Shown here: positions 36,621 through 47,269 of the stretch, piece after piece
How the letters are laid out: every line of letters begins with the position of its first letter
Numbering within the stretch: the first letter of the stretch is position 1
Assembly: GCA_002869265.1 (NCBI GenBank)
Contig: PKTH01000040.1
Span: 69,120-133,119, forward strand
Source of the DNA: Candidatus Parcubacteria bacterium
GTDB lineage: Bacteria; Patescibacteriota; Patescibacteriia; Patescibacteriales; BM507
DNA: 64,000 nt
Direction: 5' to 3'
The notes under the pieces: generated by a model
Database searches by the model: none
The model's input: the letters and a program-made list of their open reading frames with translations, nothing else
Told to the model about the DNA's origin: nothing
Position numbers and translations under genes: made by a program

Positions 36621-37966
36621 GCCGCTTCTCCGACATGAAAGTTAGGACTTAGAGGAGGAAGAGAAGATCCGTCACTACAAGTTCCTAGATACCCGGCAAA
36701 AGTATATCCAACCAAAGATGAGGCTGTGCTTGCTCCCGCTAAACTAAAATAAGATTTACAATCATCATAGGCTGTGTTTCCGCTATTTTCACAATTGTTT
36801 CCCATATCATGAACCACTGATTTACAAGCGTTTGTCTCATGATTATTAAGGCCAACTCCGATACAAACCTGCCCGGTCTGCTTGCACACGTAGTCACAAG
36901 TATAATAATAAAAAGTTGTTCCTGTGTTTTGATAAATACCAAGAAAACTACCATAATAACCCCCAGCTGCACTAAAAACAACGTCTGTAGCGTTTGCCCG
37001 AACAACACTAAAGGGGCCAATATCTGGGACAGTGGCGCAAGCCCCCGTGTTATTTCCCGTACAAGATAAAAAATCGCTTTGCCCCGAACAGCAATAATCA
37101 AACTTTACAGAACCACCCGCAGCCGTATAAACATCAACGCATTTCAAGTTGTTGTTGAGACAAATGTTTTTTCCTTTCTGGCATTCGCCAATACCAATAT
37201 AACCATCATTGTTAGCATCAATATAACAACCCTCAGCCAATAGCGGGTCACCCACGCAACCCATTCTACAACTAGTCATATCACAAGAAAGACTGATGGC
37301 CTGCCACCTGGCATCATCTCCCAAAACTGAAGTATCTCCTGTTCGAGAAACATATTGGGTTACTGTCTCTGCTGGATCACATTCTTCGCTCCAGTCTGCA
37401 GTCCCATTTGTACCGTCTTGGACTATTCCATCTCCACACCAACCACCTCCATTCGCAGAATCAAGGTAAGAACAGGTTCCCGTACAGTCTGATCCCTCAG
37501 TGCAAGGGCCTGAACAAGCATAGCTTTTAACTCCGCCAACACTATCTGCTGGGTTAATTGCTACCCCATCCTGACCGTCACAATCTTCATGGCCGTTATT
37601 CGTAGGTCCTCCCTGCCCTTCTGAGTTGGGCGTCTGCTTAGTGTTGTCTCCACAATAACTATTTATCTGCAAACTAAAGGTCGCCTCAGGTGATTCTGCC
37701 CCATACTCATCTCTAGCCTGAATGCTTATATTATGTATACCAACATCCTTAGATGATCCTGTTATTATGCCTGTAGCTGGATCTATAACAATCCCTGGAG
37801 TACTTTGGGTCAACGAAAAAGTAAAAGAATTACCCTCGGCATCATTGGCTTCAATCTGACAAGGTGGTAGTATTTTGCCCGCGATTGAAGAGTTTAGAGA
37901 CATTAAAATAAAGGCAAAAGAAGCCAGAAGCCCTATATTAAATTTTATCATTTTACCTTTTTCCAT
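36605..37966 (-). CDS. Secreted Cys-rich protein with one cadherin-like/putative-Ig domain
   Basis: Signal peptide (ILMSLNSSIAG), then a He_PIG-like segment FTFSLTQSTPGIVIDPATGIITG...IQARDEYG, then a ~330-aa region with many Cys. Confidence 0.6.
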   Translation of the reverse strand: MEKGKMIKFNIGLLASFAFILMSLNSSIAGKILPPCQIEANDAEGNSFTFSLTQSTPGIVIDPATGIITGSSKDVGIHNISIQARDEYGAESPEATFSLQINSYCGDNTKQTPNSEGQGGPTNNGHEDCDGQDGVAINPADSVGGVKSYACSGPCTEGSDCTGTCSYLDSANGGGWCGDGIVQDGTNGTADWSEECDPAETVTQYVSRTGDTSVLGDDARWQAISLSCDMTSCRMGCVGDPLLAEGCYIDANNDGYIGIGECQKGKNICLNNNLKCVDVYTAAGGSVKFDYCCSGQSDFLSCTGNNTGACATVPDIGPFSVVRANATDVVFSAAGGYYGSFLGIYQNTGTTFYYYTCDYVCKQTGQVCIGVGLNNHETNACKSVVHDMGNNCENSGNTAYDDCKSYFSLAGASTASSLVGYTFAGYLGTCSDGSSLPPLSPNFHVGEAACYCQ

Positions 37967-37996
37967 ATAGCATTATGAACTATATTATAACACAAA

Positions 37997-40900
37997 TTAT
38001 TTTATACCATTTAACTCTTCGACATATGTATCGATCTTCTCTTGCCATTCATTGTCTATTTCAAGTTCAGGATAGAGCTCTGGCCTTAAGGCATTATAAA
38101 AACCAGAAGAAACGAAGATATATGCTTCTTTTTCATTTTCTTTCTTAATATATCTACCGGCCCTGAACTCTAAATCTATTTCATCTCCTTGCTTTGTATC
38201 AACATACACAAAATCTTTTTCCTCCAACCTCTCTAATACATCTTCCCCACTTGAATGAAGGGCTTCTGTGGTTAAGAGTTCTTCTAGTCTGTACTCTAAT
38301 TCCTCTGAGATAACAACAGAGATTTGATCTACCCAATGTTCTTGGGTCCAGACAATTTTAGCTTTCAAACTATCTCTCTGAGATCTAGAAATTAACTCGC
38401 TAATATCAATGTAGGATGTAGTTTCAATCTCCCTTGGATGTATCTGATTTAACTCCAGGTACTCTCCATTTCCCTCTGTATCAAAATAAATAGACATGGA
38501 AGCTTCCGCACTGGCCTTGCCCGCCAACGGTTTCATTGGGAGAGGTGTAGAGCCCCAAGAGTTCATAGATAGATAAATATTTTTCCCTTTCAAATTTTTT
38601 GTATTTATTTCAAACTCGATGAAATCATTTTTCCTCCCATACACACTGTTGTTATCATTTTCTAAAATCTCCCCTAAACACTCCTCTTTTATTTCTTGAC
38701 TATTTATCTCACAACCAGATATAACCTCTCTAAGCTTTTCTTTTTTAATGCTTCTTAATTGGTTTGTTTGATTGTCTACTATTAACTCTGTCTGATCGTT
38801 ATATAAAGCCCTAACTAATCTTATCTGGTCAATATGAGACTCTTCTGGCTCTAACTCTTTGATATTTAATTTCAATATACCTTTTTCTATGCTTGGTTTG
38901 TTGGCGAGAATATATCTGTCGGTTGTTCTGTATTTATTATTAGAAAATCCATAGTCACTTAGTGGCGTTTCTTCATACATCTCCTTTGCTCTACTGTAAT
39001 CAATATCCCAAAAGGTTGCCATAATATCGTTTTCAATGTAATTGTATCCGTCTATATTGGTAAAGAGGTACGGTGTAGAACTACATTCTATCGTTCCTCC
39101 GCAACCATCACTCTGAGTCGTTCCACCTGAGCAATGTATTTGTGGTTGGCAGCAAGTATTAGTTGGATAACAAACATACGCAGGCCAGTCTGAAGGACAA
39201 GACCAAGGACAGGGAACATTAACTGTAGATGTTATTTCTTGAGTATCAGTTGAACAGTCCGCATTTGTCTTGGTCTGAGTTTCATATTGAGCAACATCAG
39301 CTGACCCACATTCACAAGTAGCCGGAGTTGGATCAGTAACCACTGATGTGGTTACCCATCCTGTTTCAACGCAAGTAGAGTCATCAATACTTAAATCTCC
39401 ATCACATATTCCCAGTGAAGCATCACAGCAATTTCCCGTAGTAACATCAAAGATGCCACTAAGCGTTTGACAATGAACTAATTTATACTCATTTGGAAGA
39501 CCAATATTTTCACAATGGGTTCCCGGTAAAACAATCTGACCATCACAATGTGTCACTGAGTCAGCCCAGGTGCAGTTTTCATAAGAGGTGTATTCTTTCC
39601 AAAAATCAGCCTGACAGCCGCAAGAACCACCTGAACATGTTTCTGTCGGGGAAGTACATAAATTATCAAAACAATTAGGATTAGTGAAACCCCCTGAAAG
39701 ATTTCCATCATCACAAACCCTAGTTTCTGAGTTACAAAAACCCGCTCCACAAAAAACATTTAAATCTTCATAAGCAACAACAGAGGCTCCGTCAGGAATT
39801 GTTCCACCCCAAGGCAAAACACAATCAGAAGAACAAGGCTCAATGGTGCAACTAGGGCTAGTGTATACACCAGTTAAGCTACCCCCAGAACAAATCCTTG
39901 TTTCTGATTCGCAAGTTTCACCACAATAAATATAAGATTTTTTATAAGCCGTAATCCCAGCCCCCTCCGAGACAAGTGCTCCCCAAGGAGTTACACAACC
40001 ATCAGTGTTTACCCGCAGGGTTGTTTCGCAGGTCAGTGGCGTCTCTATTGCCGGCGGATGATTTATAACGTTTATTGTTATATCTTTATCACTCACCGTT
40101 CCGTAAGTATCAGCTACCTCTAAGTTGCGGACAACCTGCGTAACTGAATTTGAAAAAGTATTTGTTAGAGGATTAAAAATACCAAATATATCAAAGTCCC
40201 AAGTAATTCCATCGGCGTTTATATTATAATTAAGGTTCAGAGCATCAGGTAACGGTGTTGTAAAAGATGGTGTTAAGGGATAATTAAGAACATCTCCCTG
40301 AACTGTAAAGGATCCCGAAAAAGGGTTGGTGCTACTAGCATGATAAGTAAAAGGATTTGAATTTATAATCGGAGGGAATATAACTATTTTTATTGAAAAA
40401 GATTTAGTGGTCACCCCTCCCATCCCATCATCTAGGGTTACAGAAAAACTATATACACCCTCATCACCAGCACTTGTAGCTTTGATACTTACATGATTAT
40501 CAACTGCGGAAAATTGTAAAATCGGTGGGCTTGACCATCCAGTCCATGTCCCCGGTGTGTTAATACTCCAAGTGATCGGATCGTTGTTTGGATCAACCGC
40601 CTGCAAATACCCAGCATAAGGGTGTCCAGCGTAACCAACTGGGATGTTAGAAGCAATTATTTGAGGAGCATGATTGACGACCACCCCAACCGAACCGGCG
40701 GCTGCTGTAAAACCAGAACAAGCCCCACTAGCACCACTTACAAAACCGCTTTCCATCTCACCACAAAAAGAATATGAGGCACCATCTGGGCTAACTTGAT
40801 AAATAAAAGCTTTGCTGTCACTTGGGAGATTAAGAGCCGAGTCAGTGGGGTCGGAGTCAGCAAACTCTTTACTAACATCATCCCAACAGGTAACGTCATC

Positions 40901-41602
40901 ATAGCCAGAACATACCCCTAGGTCATTGATAGGATCAACCGGAAGCTGAACTCCCAACTCTTGCGAAAGGGTCCCCTGCCAACTTGGCCAAGTAGAAATA
41001 CTTTTATTTGGCAAATAACTTCCAGCAGAAAGAATCGGATAATGCCCAGTTCTTTCTTTATAATCATTTAGGGCAATATCTATTTCAGCAATATTCTCAA
41101 GACGAATTGTATCGCGAATAGTATTTGACTTTGCCCCCAGACAATAATCTCCATTTTCACAGTCGTCATTTAGAACACAAGAAATGTCTGTGTTTTGGGC
41201 ACAGGTTCCAATTAAATTTGTATTTAGATTAATATTAAATTTCCAATTATCTAAAATCTTTGCAAAAATATCCTCTGTCTCTTGCCCCGCTTCTATATTA
41301 TAAGAAATAATATAAATATTTGTAAAAAGCGTTTGCGGAGTGGTATTTGTAACATTAGCAGCGTTCACATAGACAGTGCTTCCATTCCTTACCCCCAAAT
41401 AACCGTCAACTACAACTTGTTGAGGGGTACCAATAAACCCCTGCTCTTTATACCAACGCAGGGAAGAATAATGGCTAGGGTTTGGAATTAGTCTAACAGA
41501 TATTGCATCAGAAGAATTTTCAGCTGAGGTGGTTCCAGGGGAAATAAAAATACCAAAAAAGAAAAACAGAAATATATAATATTTTATACTTTTATAACCA
41601 AT
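37997..41602 (-). CDS. Large secreted Cys-rich surface protein (start uncertain; ORF-track TTG at 41398 is probably internal)
   Basis: The in-frame sequence upstream of 41398 encodes a textbook signal peptide (..YKSIKYYIFLFFFFGIFISPGTTSAENSS), bounded by a stop at 41617..41615. The body has a pilin-like block (YKERTGHYPIL..), a putative-Ig domain, tandem 6-Cys modules and a non-Cys C-terminal third. Confidence 0.6.
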   Translation of the reverse strand: MGYKSIKYYIFLFFFFGIFISPGTTSAENSSDAISVRLIPNPSHYSSLRWYKEQGFIGTPQQVVVDGYLGVRNGSTVYVNAANVTNTTPQTLFTNIYIISYNIEAGQETEDIFAKILDNWKFNINLNTNLIGTCAQNTDISCVLNDDCENGDYCLGAKSNTIRDTIRLENIAEIDIALNDYKERTGHYPILSAGSYLPNKSISTWPSWQGTLSQELGVQLPVDPINDLGVCSGYDDVTCWDDVSKEFADSDPTDSALNLPSDSKAFIYQVSPDGASYSFCGEMESGFVSGASGACSGFTAAAGSVGVVVNHAPQIIASNIPVGYAGHPYAGYLQAVDPNNDPITWSINTPGTWTGWSSPPILQFSAVDNHVSIKATSAGDEGVYSFSVTLDDGMGGVTTKSFSIKIVIFPPIINSNPFTYHASSTNPFSGSFTVQGDVLNYPLTPSFTTPLPDALNLNYNINADGITWDFDIFGIFNPLTNTFSNSVTQVVRNLEVADTYGTVSDKDITINVINHPPAIETPLTCETTLRVNTDGCVTPWGALVSEGAGITAYKKSYIYCGETCESETRICSGGSLTGVYTSPSCTIEPCSSDCVLPWGGTIPDGASVVAYEDLNVFCGAGFCNSETRVCDDGNLSGGFTNPNCFDNLCTSPTETCSGGSCGCQADFWKEYTSYENCTWADSVTHCDGQIVLPGTHCENIGLPNEYKLVHCQTLSGIFDVTTGNCCDASLGICDGDLSIDDSTCVETGWVTTSVVTDPTPATCECGSADVAQYETQTKTNADCSTDTQEITSTVNVPCPWSCPSDWPAYVCYPTNTCCQPQIHCSGGTTQSDGCGGTIECSSTPYLFTNIDGYNYIENDIMATFWDIDYSRAKEMYEETPLSDYGFSNNKYRTTDRYILANKPSIEKGILKLNIKELEPEESHIDQIRLVRALYNDQTELIVDNQTNQLRSIKKEKLREVISGCEINSQEIKEECLGEILENDNNSVYGRKNDFIEFEINTKNLKGKNIYLSMNSWGSTPLPMKPLAGKASAEASMSIYFDTEGNGEYLELNQIHPREIETTSYIDISELISRSQRDSLKAKIVWTQEHWVDQISVVISEELEYRLEELLTTEALHSSGEDVLERLEEKDFVYVDTKQGDEIDLEFRAGRYIKKENEKEAYIFVSSGFYNALRPELYPELEIDNEWQEKIDTYVEELNGIK

Positions 41603-41626
41603 TAAATCTATCGATTATATAATAAA

Positions 41627-44600
41627 CTATTTAAGTTTTAGATAGGAAATACCTCCTATTAAATCTATGTCTATATTACTAGACGGCTTTTTCAATATCA
41701 GCTTATATCGACTATCTTCATTTAAATTTTTAACGATTGTCCTGTGTTCACCACCCACTGTTATAATCTCTTCCCTGCAAATATTATCATCAGATGAATC
41801 ACATAAAAGAATTTCTATTTCTCTGGACTGAGCCTCAGCACTACTAACAAAAGTATGTGAAATCTTTTTAAACAAAAATTTCATAATACTTCCAAAAAGA
41901 TTGACTCGGTTCCCTTCCATTTCCTCCAATGCTTCAAAGGCGCCAGCGATCTCCCCATCATCAAGATAGTAAAGACTTTCTTCTGCTGGAACATCAGAAG
42001 AATCCCAGGCTAGAACCAAGTTATTTTCTGTGTTTATGTCAGCTGCAGTCAAAACCGGAGTATCAGAAACCTCTCCCGAATAAGGACTCTCATTGCCAGA
42101 AGAATCAATCGCTGTAACCGCAAAGAAGTAAGGAGTACCATTTGCTAGATCGGTAATAACCACTCCTGTAGAGTTGCCAACGTTTTGCGAGCTTGCATAA
42201 CAGTCTGGAGGAGTAGAACCAACGCAACCAGATCCCGCTTTCCAATAAATCCTGTAAGACGAAGCGTCTGTAATTTCCGTCCACTCTATCTCAATCTGAG
42301 CATTTCCCACAGTCGTAGTGCTAATAGAAGGAGCAAACGGGGCCAAAGTGTCAACTGGAGTAGCGCTAATTTCAGGAGAAGGATCGCTCTCGGCTCCACT
42401 AACATATACTGCTGTTACTGCAATATAATAAATAGTTCCATTACTAAGGCCGGTAAGACTAGTATTAAAGACAGCAGGCCCAACTGAGACACTATCGCTA
42501 TAATTGCCACTTGCTGTTCCGTAATGTACTAAGAATTCTTGGACAGTTTCGCCTGGGTCTACGGTAAAGGCTGACCAAGAAACATTGATTGTCCCGCCCT
42601 GGGTTGGTGCAGTGGCATTTACTGTAATGCTTGAAAGATCAGGTGTTTCTTCTCTAAAGAAATAATATTCTTTAAATAAATCTTGATCTGCGTCTCTACC
42701 TCGAATAACTGACTCATTCAGTATTGGAGGTAGGTCATCGTAAGTATCTTCGGTCCCCTGATCACGACAATAATAAAATTCATAATTAGCATTTATACAT
42801 GAGTTGGTAGCTCCGGCGCCTTCCGGATAAATAGTACAGTTGTTTTCTTGGTCTGACCAAGGGGCCCACTGACCACTAGCATCGAATGGTGGCCAAGGAT
42901 TATTACAAAGGAATAAATATAAATCAGCATCACCAACTTTGGTATCAGAACCAATGGTTCCAGTAATATTTGCTGTGGCTTGAATCACGGTATGCCCGTC
43001 GGTGGCAGTACTTTGAGCTCTAATTAGTCTATTGTCACCATCGCTTGCAAAAACAGAAGGGCTGACAAAGTCTGCAATCCCAATATTTGAACTACTCCAA
43101 CCCCATGTCCATGAATAAACCCCTGGAACAGGGACTAAGGTTTGTCCACTAATAGTTTTTGCTTTCGCGGTATATCTTTTATCTGAATCATTAACTGTAT
43201 CAAAACTATTTGCCAAAGGATTTGTATCATCCTCTACCAAACTATTCTCTGTAGTTTGTATTAAATAAGAAGCTGGCACAACATTAATATAATCAACCAG
43301 ACAATAACCTTGATTTGGTCCTTGGTCGGGTAGAGTTACAAATGACCAAATATAAGCGTTTTCATATTCTTTAGCATTAAAAGTAGCTAATGGAGTTGTT
43401 CCTGTTGTTCCCATACTTAGACTTACTTCGTCCAAGACTCCTTGGGAGCTATCATCCCCCAGGTCTCTATCACCCAAAATAATCACATAATATCGAATAT
43501 CTCCATCAAGCGGCTTGTTTGGAGAGAATGTTAAAACACCCTGACCTGAAACATCATTATAACCACTAGTCTTTCCTGTTACAGCGCAATAATTATTTGT
43601 TCCCCCTATTGGGAAAAAAGCTTTAGCTTCGTCTATGAAAAATTTATTTATTTTACCTTTTAGAACATTTGAGACTTGAGTAAAAGTATTCTCTTCTCCT
43701 AAAATCTCTCTCTCTTCCTGACTAAGATACTGGGTCCCCACGGGACAAGGATCATTGCCATAATCTCCAAGAACTATAACGTTCCCGCTAAAAGTGGATA
43801 CATTCATTTCTTTATTAAAAGTCGCTTCTATCATTACGTTTCTACAGGCTTTATCACTGTCCGTAACTGGGCTTGGCTCATCTGGAGGGATGGTGCTCAC
43901 AACATAAGGCCTTGGTTGGCAGCAAGTATCATCGCCACAGGCATTCAGATCTGTATTACCGCACTCTGTATCACTCTCACAGCCGCAATATAGTCCTCTG
44001 CCCTCACCGCTGCAAGGACCTTTATCTTCTTGGCAAGTCAGAGTTCCTCCATCAGCAGTCGGCAATGTTTGAGGTATGGTTGGGTCACAACAGCAAGTAC
44101 CACAACTATCCAGAGGGTCTCCTGTAGGGGGGTCGGCTGAAAGACAGTCATAGCCAGCTCCACAATTAAACGAAGGGTCACAAACAAAATTGGAAGTTAA
44201 ACCAACAAATAATTCTTGAATACACAGAGCTCCGGGATAGGTCTTTTCTAGCTGACAAGTACATGAACCAGGGTCGCAAAACTGGCCGGTCGAACAAGCA
44301 GTGGTCCCAACCGTACATGAAGCTCCATCAACACAAGGATCTCCAACATCGGTTGGAGGTGATGGTGGGGGGGCATCAACACAGGTTCCCGTATCACTTG
44401 GCAGGGCGGGGTTAATCTGACAAATCTTTCCAGTGGTACCCGAACAATTACAAGCTAGGTCACTTGCCGCCTGATCTACAACTCCAGCATTTTCTACACG
44501 ACAACCAGTACATTGACCAAAATTCGCTTGAACAGTTGAGCTAGCTGTATCACCACAGCCGCCAGGAGAACAAGTTAGTCCCATACAACAGTCATTGGCT

Positions 44601-47269
44601 CCCACTTCACAACAACACTCACAAGTCGCAGAGCCTAGACAAAAGCTACCATCACAAGCAGAATCCCCATTACAAACATCACCAGCCTTAGCACAAGCGC
44701 CACCCTCACAAGTAAAACCACTGTCACAAATATCACAAGTCTGAGCTAGAGGTACAAATAAACTACCTACTGTACACTTGCCGTTAGTTGCATCTTGATA
44801 TGTGCCAGCTGGACAAGAGCCTGGAACCGTAATCTGCCAGGCATTTACTGTGCCATCGACTGGATGTGTTACCGTAGCACACGTTGCAGTATAGCCAGCA
44901 TAAACACTGGTCGAAGGTTCACTACAAGTATCCTGAACTGCTCCACCTGGAGTGGCTATACATTTATTATAAGTTGGATTATTTGTATCATCATCATATT
45001 CACAATTTCCTGGGCCACAACCAGCTAAGCTTTCACAATAATTATCTCCACAAAAACCAGTTATAGGATTTGGATTGGTCTGGCACTCACCAGGAGAGTT
45101 TGGACAATCTACATTATCAGCCAGACAAGCATTTCCTCCTGACCAGCCAGAACAAGTTTCAGTTGGGTCAGTGGGGGTTTCAGTGGTCGTCCCCTCTGAA
45201 GTGAAAGACCATCCATAACCAGTATCGCTAATTGGGGCTCCGTCATCACAAGAACCTATGTCACGACAAATACCACTCCAATAAGTAGAACTAGGGCAAC
45301 ATTCTTCCAAGACAACATCACACGGGAAGTTTGGACTTGTTGTTGCGATACTCGCATCACAATACCCAACAGTAAAAAGGACTGGGTTGGAACTAGTAGA
45401 AGTGAAAACCTCGACTGGCCCAGTTTGTGCTCCAACCGGAACATATGTTTCTATAAATTGATTCTCCCAGGTATCAAAAGTAGTGGCTGAAATTGCATTA
45501 TGAAAATTTACTGTATTGGTAGTATTGGTAAAGTTGTCACCGAAAATATCAACATCAAGACCAGTTGGACCATTTCGTGGAGACATCTTACAGATTCCTG
45601 GACCAGGAGAGTCTGTATTTACAAAATAATCATATGGCTGACTTGTGAAATTGCTTGAATTTGTAACAGTTACTGTATAGTCCCCCAAATTACCATCCCC
45701 TCCTATTAGGATTGGAACCTGCACCAAAATAATATTCTTACTCCACCAAGAATCTTGACATTCCAAAGGAAAGCTAAGTCCGTCAGCTGTATAAACACTA
45801 CCTGGGTTAGTAGTACCAGGACCAGCAGTAAATAAAACTTCAGCCGGTGCCGCATATGAATTTCCAAAACCCGAACCCGTGATAGTTATATACTGACCGG
45901 GAGGCCCTGGTTCAGGAGAAATATCCTCAATAAAAGGCACATTTGTATTGTCTATAAAAACATTAAAACCAACAGCATTTGAAGAACTACCATTTACACT
46001 CACATAAACCGTATTATTTCCGCCGCCAACATTTGGAACACCAGCCACCACAGAAGAATTCGTCCAAGAATTAATATTCACAGCACTGATAAAGCTACTT
46101 GGATTACCAAAATTTACTTCTTGAGTGGCTCCTGGAGGGCCCAAAAATGAGACACCCTGCAATGTAAAAGGGTCTTCAAAGGAACCAGTAATCGGACTAA
46201 TCCCACAAACACCTGGTCTTTTTTCTATATTTACCAAAAAATCATCAATAGGTGCTCCACGAGAATTATCTGTTACATCTTCTGCGGAATCAGCTTGTCT
46301 AATTATTTTAATTGGCCCATCGGAAACACCGCTTGGGACCACAATAATCACTTGTGTTTCAGTCCAAGTGTCTGTACAATTAGCATTTACTGTACTTGGA
46401 GATATCCCGTTTCTATCATCTGCATCACCAAAAATATCTCCATCGCCATTCACATCCTGACCTCCAAACACTATCGTCCCAGCTGTCGCTCCAAAGAATC
46501 TTCCACCGATAGTTATTATATCCCCCTCTGCTCCATTGGGTGTTCCTAAATAATCAACCGGACTTATCCAGTCAATAATAGGTGCTCCTTCACAAGTACA
46601 GCCCGTCGGGTCACAAACTAAACCAGCCATACACATAGAGTCATCTGGGGAAACACAGGCCGGACCAGTAGTGTCAAAATCACAATCTGCACCAGGGCCT
46701 CCCAAGAGCTGACAAGTGCAAGAACTGGCCTCACAATACTCAACCCCTGTCACACACATCGAATCAGTTGGGTCACAAATCGGAGTCAAAGTATTTCCAT
46801 CACAAGGAGTGCCACTAGGAGAACAGCCTGCGCCAACACAATCTGGAGGCGGAGGCAAGCAACCTGCTCCCACACAAGGGGTTGAAGTCGTACCAGAAGT
46901 TGAAGTAGTTGCACTCAAAAGTCTACTTAATATAAAGCTTGCTATTGCAAAAGATGAAAGAATAATCAAAAGTCCAATAATAGCAGAAACTAATATCTTT
47001 TTAGCTTTATCTATTTTAGAAGGGTCTCCAGCGCTTGTTGTCCATAAAAAACCGGCGTACAAAATTAAAACCAAAGCGATTATTCCTAGAAAGCCAAGAA
47101 ATATCCGAATAACATTGGCGGCCACTACCCGAGGATCAGCATCCCCAAGGCCAATAACCGACACCTCATTTAACCCCGTATCGATTTGCGCTAAAGCAAA
47201 ATTACCTATCAGAAAAACAAAAACCAGACTGAAAGAAAACGCTATTAATTTTTTGATTTTTTTATTCAT
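41627..47269 (-). CDS. Giant (1880 aa) Cys-rich surface protein with N-terminal VirB2/TrbC-like pilin hairpin, IPT/TIG-like and FN3 domains
   Basis: Signal peptide ..NFALAQ, then two hydrophobic helices joined by a TSAGDPSKIDKAKK loop, then an S/T linker. IPT/TIG-like blocks include GDIITIGGRFFG and YITITGSGFG. Two FN3-like modules lie near the C-terminus (INVSWSAF..YYIAVTAVY; IEIEWTEI..YFFAVTAID). Confidence 0.7.
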   Translation of the reverse strand: MNKKIKKLIAFSFSLVFVFLIGNFALAQIDTGLNEVSVIGLGDADPRVVAANVIRIFLGFLGIIALVLILYAGFLWTTSAGDPSKIDKAKKILVSAIIGLLIILSSFAIASFILSRLLSATTSTSGTTSTPCVGAGCLPPPPDCVGAGCSPSGTPCDGNTLTPICDPTDSMCVTGVEYCEASSCTCQLLGGPGADCDFDTTGPACVSPDDSMCMAGLVCDPTGCTCEGAPIIDWISPVDYLGTPNGAEGDIITIGGRFFGATAGTIVFGGQDVNGDGDIFGDADDRNGISPSTVNANCTDTWTETQVIIVVPSGVSDGPIKIIRQADSAEDVTDNSRGAPIDDFLVNIEKRPGVCGISPITGSFEDPFTLQGVSFLGPPGATQEVNFGNPSSFISAVNINSWTNSSVVAGVPNVGGGNNTVYVSVNGSSSNAVGFNVFIDNTNVPFIEDISPEPGPPGQYITITGSGFGNSYAAPAEVLFTAGPGTTNPGSVYTADGLSFPLECQDSWWSKNIILVQVPILIGGDGNLGDYTVTVTNSSNFTSQPYDYFVNTDSPGPGICKMSPRNGPTGLDVDIFGDNFTNTTNTVNFHNAISATTFDTWENQFIETYVPVGAQTGPVEVFTSTSSNPVLFTVGYCDASIATTSPNFPCDVVLEECCPSSTYWSGICRDIGSCDDGAPISDTGYGWSFTSEGTTTETPTDPTETCSGWSGGNACLADNVDCPNSPGECQTNPNPITGFCGDNYCESLAGCGPGNCEYDDDTNNPTYNKCIATPGGAVQDTCSEPSTSVYAGYTATCATVTHPVDGTVNAWQITVPGSCPAGTYQDATNGKCTVGSLFVPLAQTCDICDSGFTCEGGACAKAGDVCNGDSACDGSFCLGSATCECCCEVGANDCCMGLTCSPGGCGDTASSTVQANFGQCTGCRVENAGVVDQAASDLACNCSGTTGKICQINPALPSDTGTCVDAPPPSPPTDVGDPCVDGASCTVGTTACSTGQFCDPGSCTCQLEKTYPGALCIQELFVGLTSNFVCDPSFNCGAGYDCLSADPPTGDPLDSCGTCCCDPTIPQTLPTADGGTLTCQEDKGPCSGEGRGLYCGCESDTECGNTDLNACGDDTCCQPRPYVVSTIPPDEPSPVTDSDKACRNVMIEATFNKEMNVSTFSGNVIVLGDYGNDPCPVGTQYLSQEEREILGEENTFTQVSNVLKGKINKFFIDEAKAFFPIGGTNNYCAVTGKTSGYNDVSGQGVLTFSPNKPLDGDIRYYVIILGDRDLGDDSSQGVLDEVSLSMGTTGTTPLATFNAKEYENAYIWSFVTLPDQGPNQGYCLVDYINVVPASYLIQTTENSLVEDDTNPLANSFDTVNDSDKRYTAKAKTISGQTLVPVPGVYSWTWGWSSSNIGIADFVSPSVFASDGDNRLIRAQSTATDGHTVIQATANITGTIGSDTKVGDADLYLFLCNNPWPPFDASGQWAPWSDQENNCTIYPEGAGATNSCINANYEFYYCRDQGTEDTYDDLPPILNESVIRGRDADQDLFKEYYFFREETPDLSSITVNATAPTQGGTINVSWSAFTVDPGETVQEFLVHYGTASGNYSDSVSVGPAVFNTSLTGLSNGTIYYIAVTAVYVSGAESDPSPEISATPVDTLAPFAPSISTTTVGNAQIEIEWTEITDASSYRIYWKAGSGCVGSTPPDCYASSQNVGNSTGVVITDLANGTPYFFAVTAIDSSGNESPYSGEVSDTPVLTAADINTENNLVLAWDSSDVPAEESLYYLDDGEIAGAFEALEEMEGNRVNLFGSIMKFLFKKISHTFVSSAEAQSREIEILLCDSSDDNICREEIITVGGEHRTIVKNLNEDSRYKLILKKPSSNIDIDLIGGISYLKLK

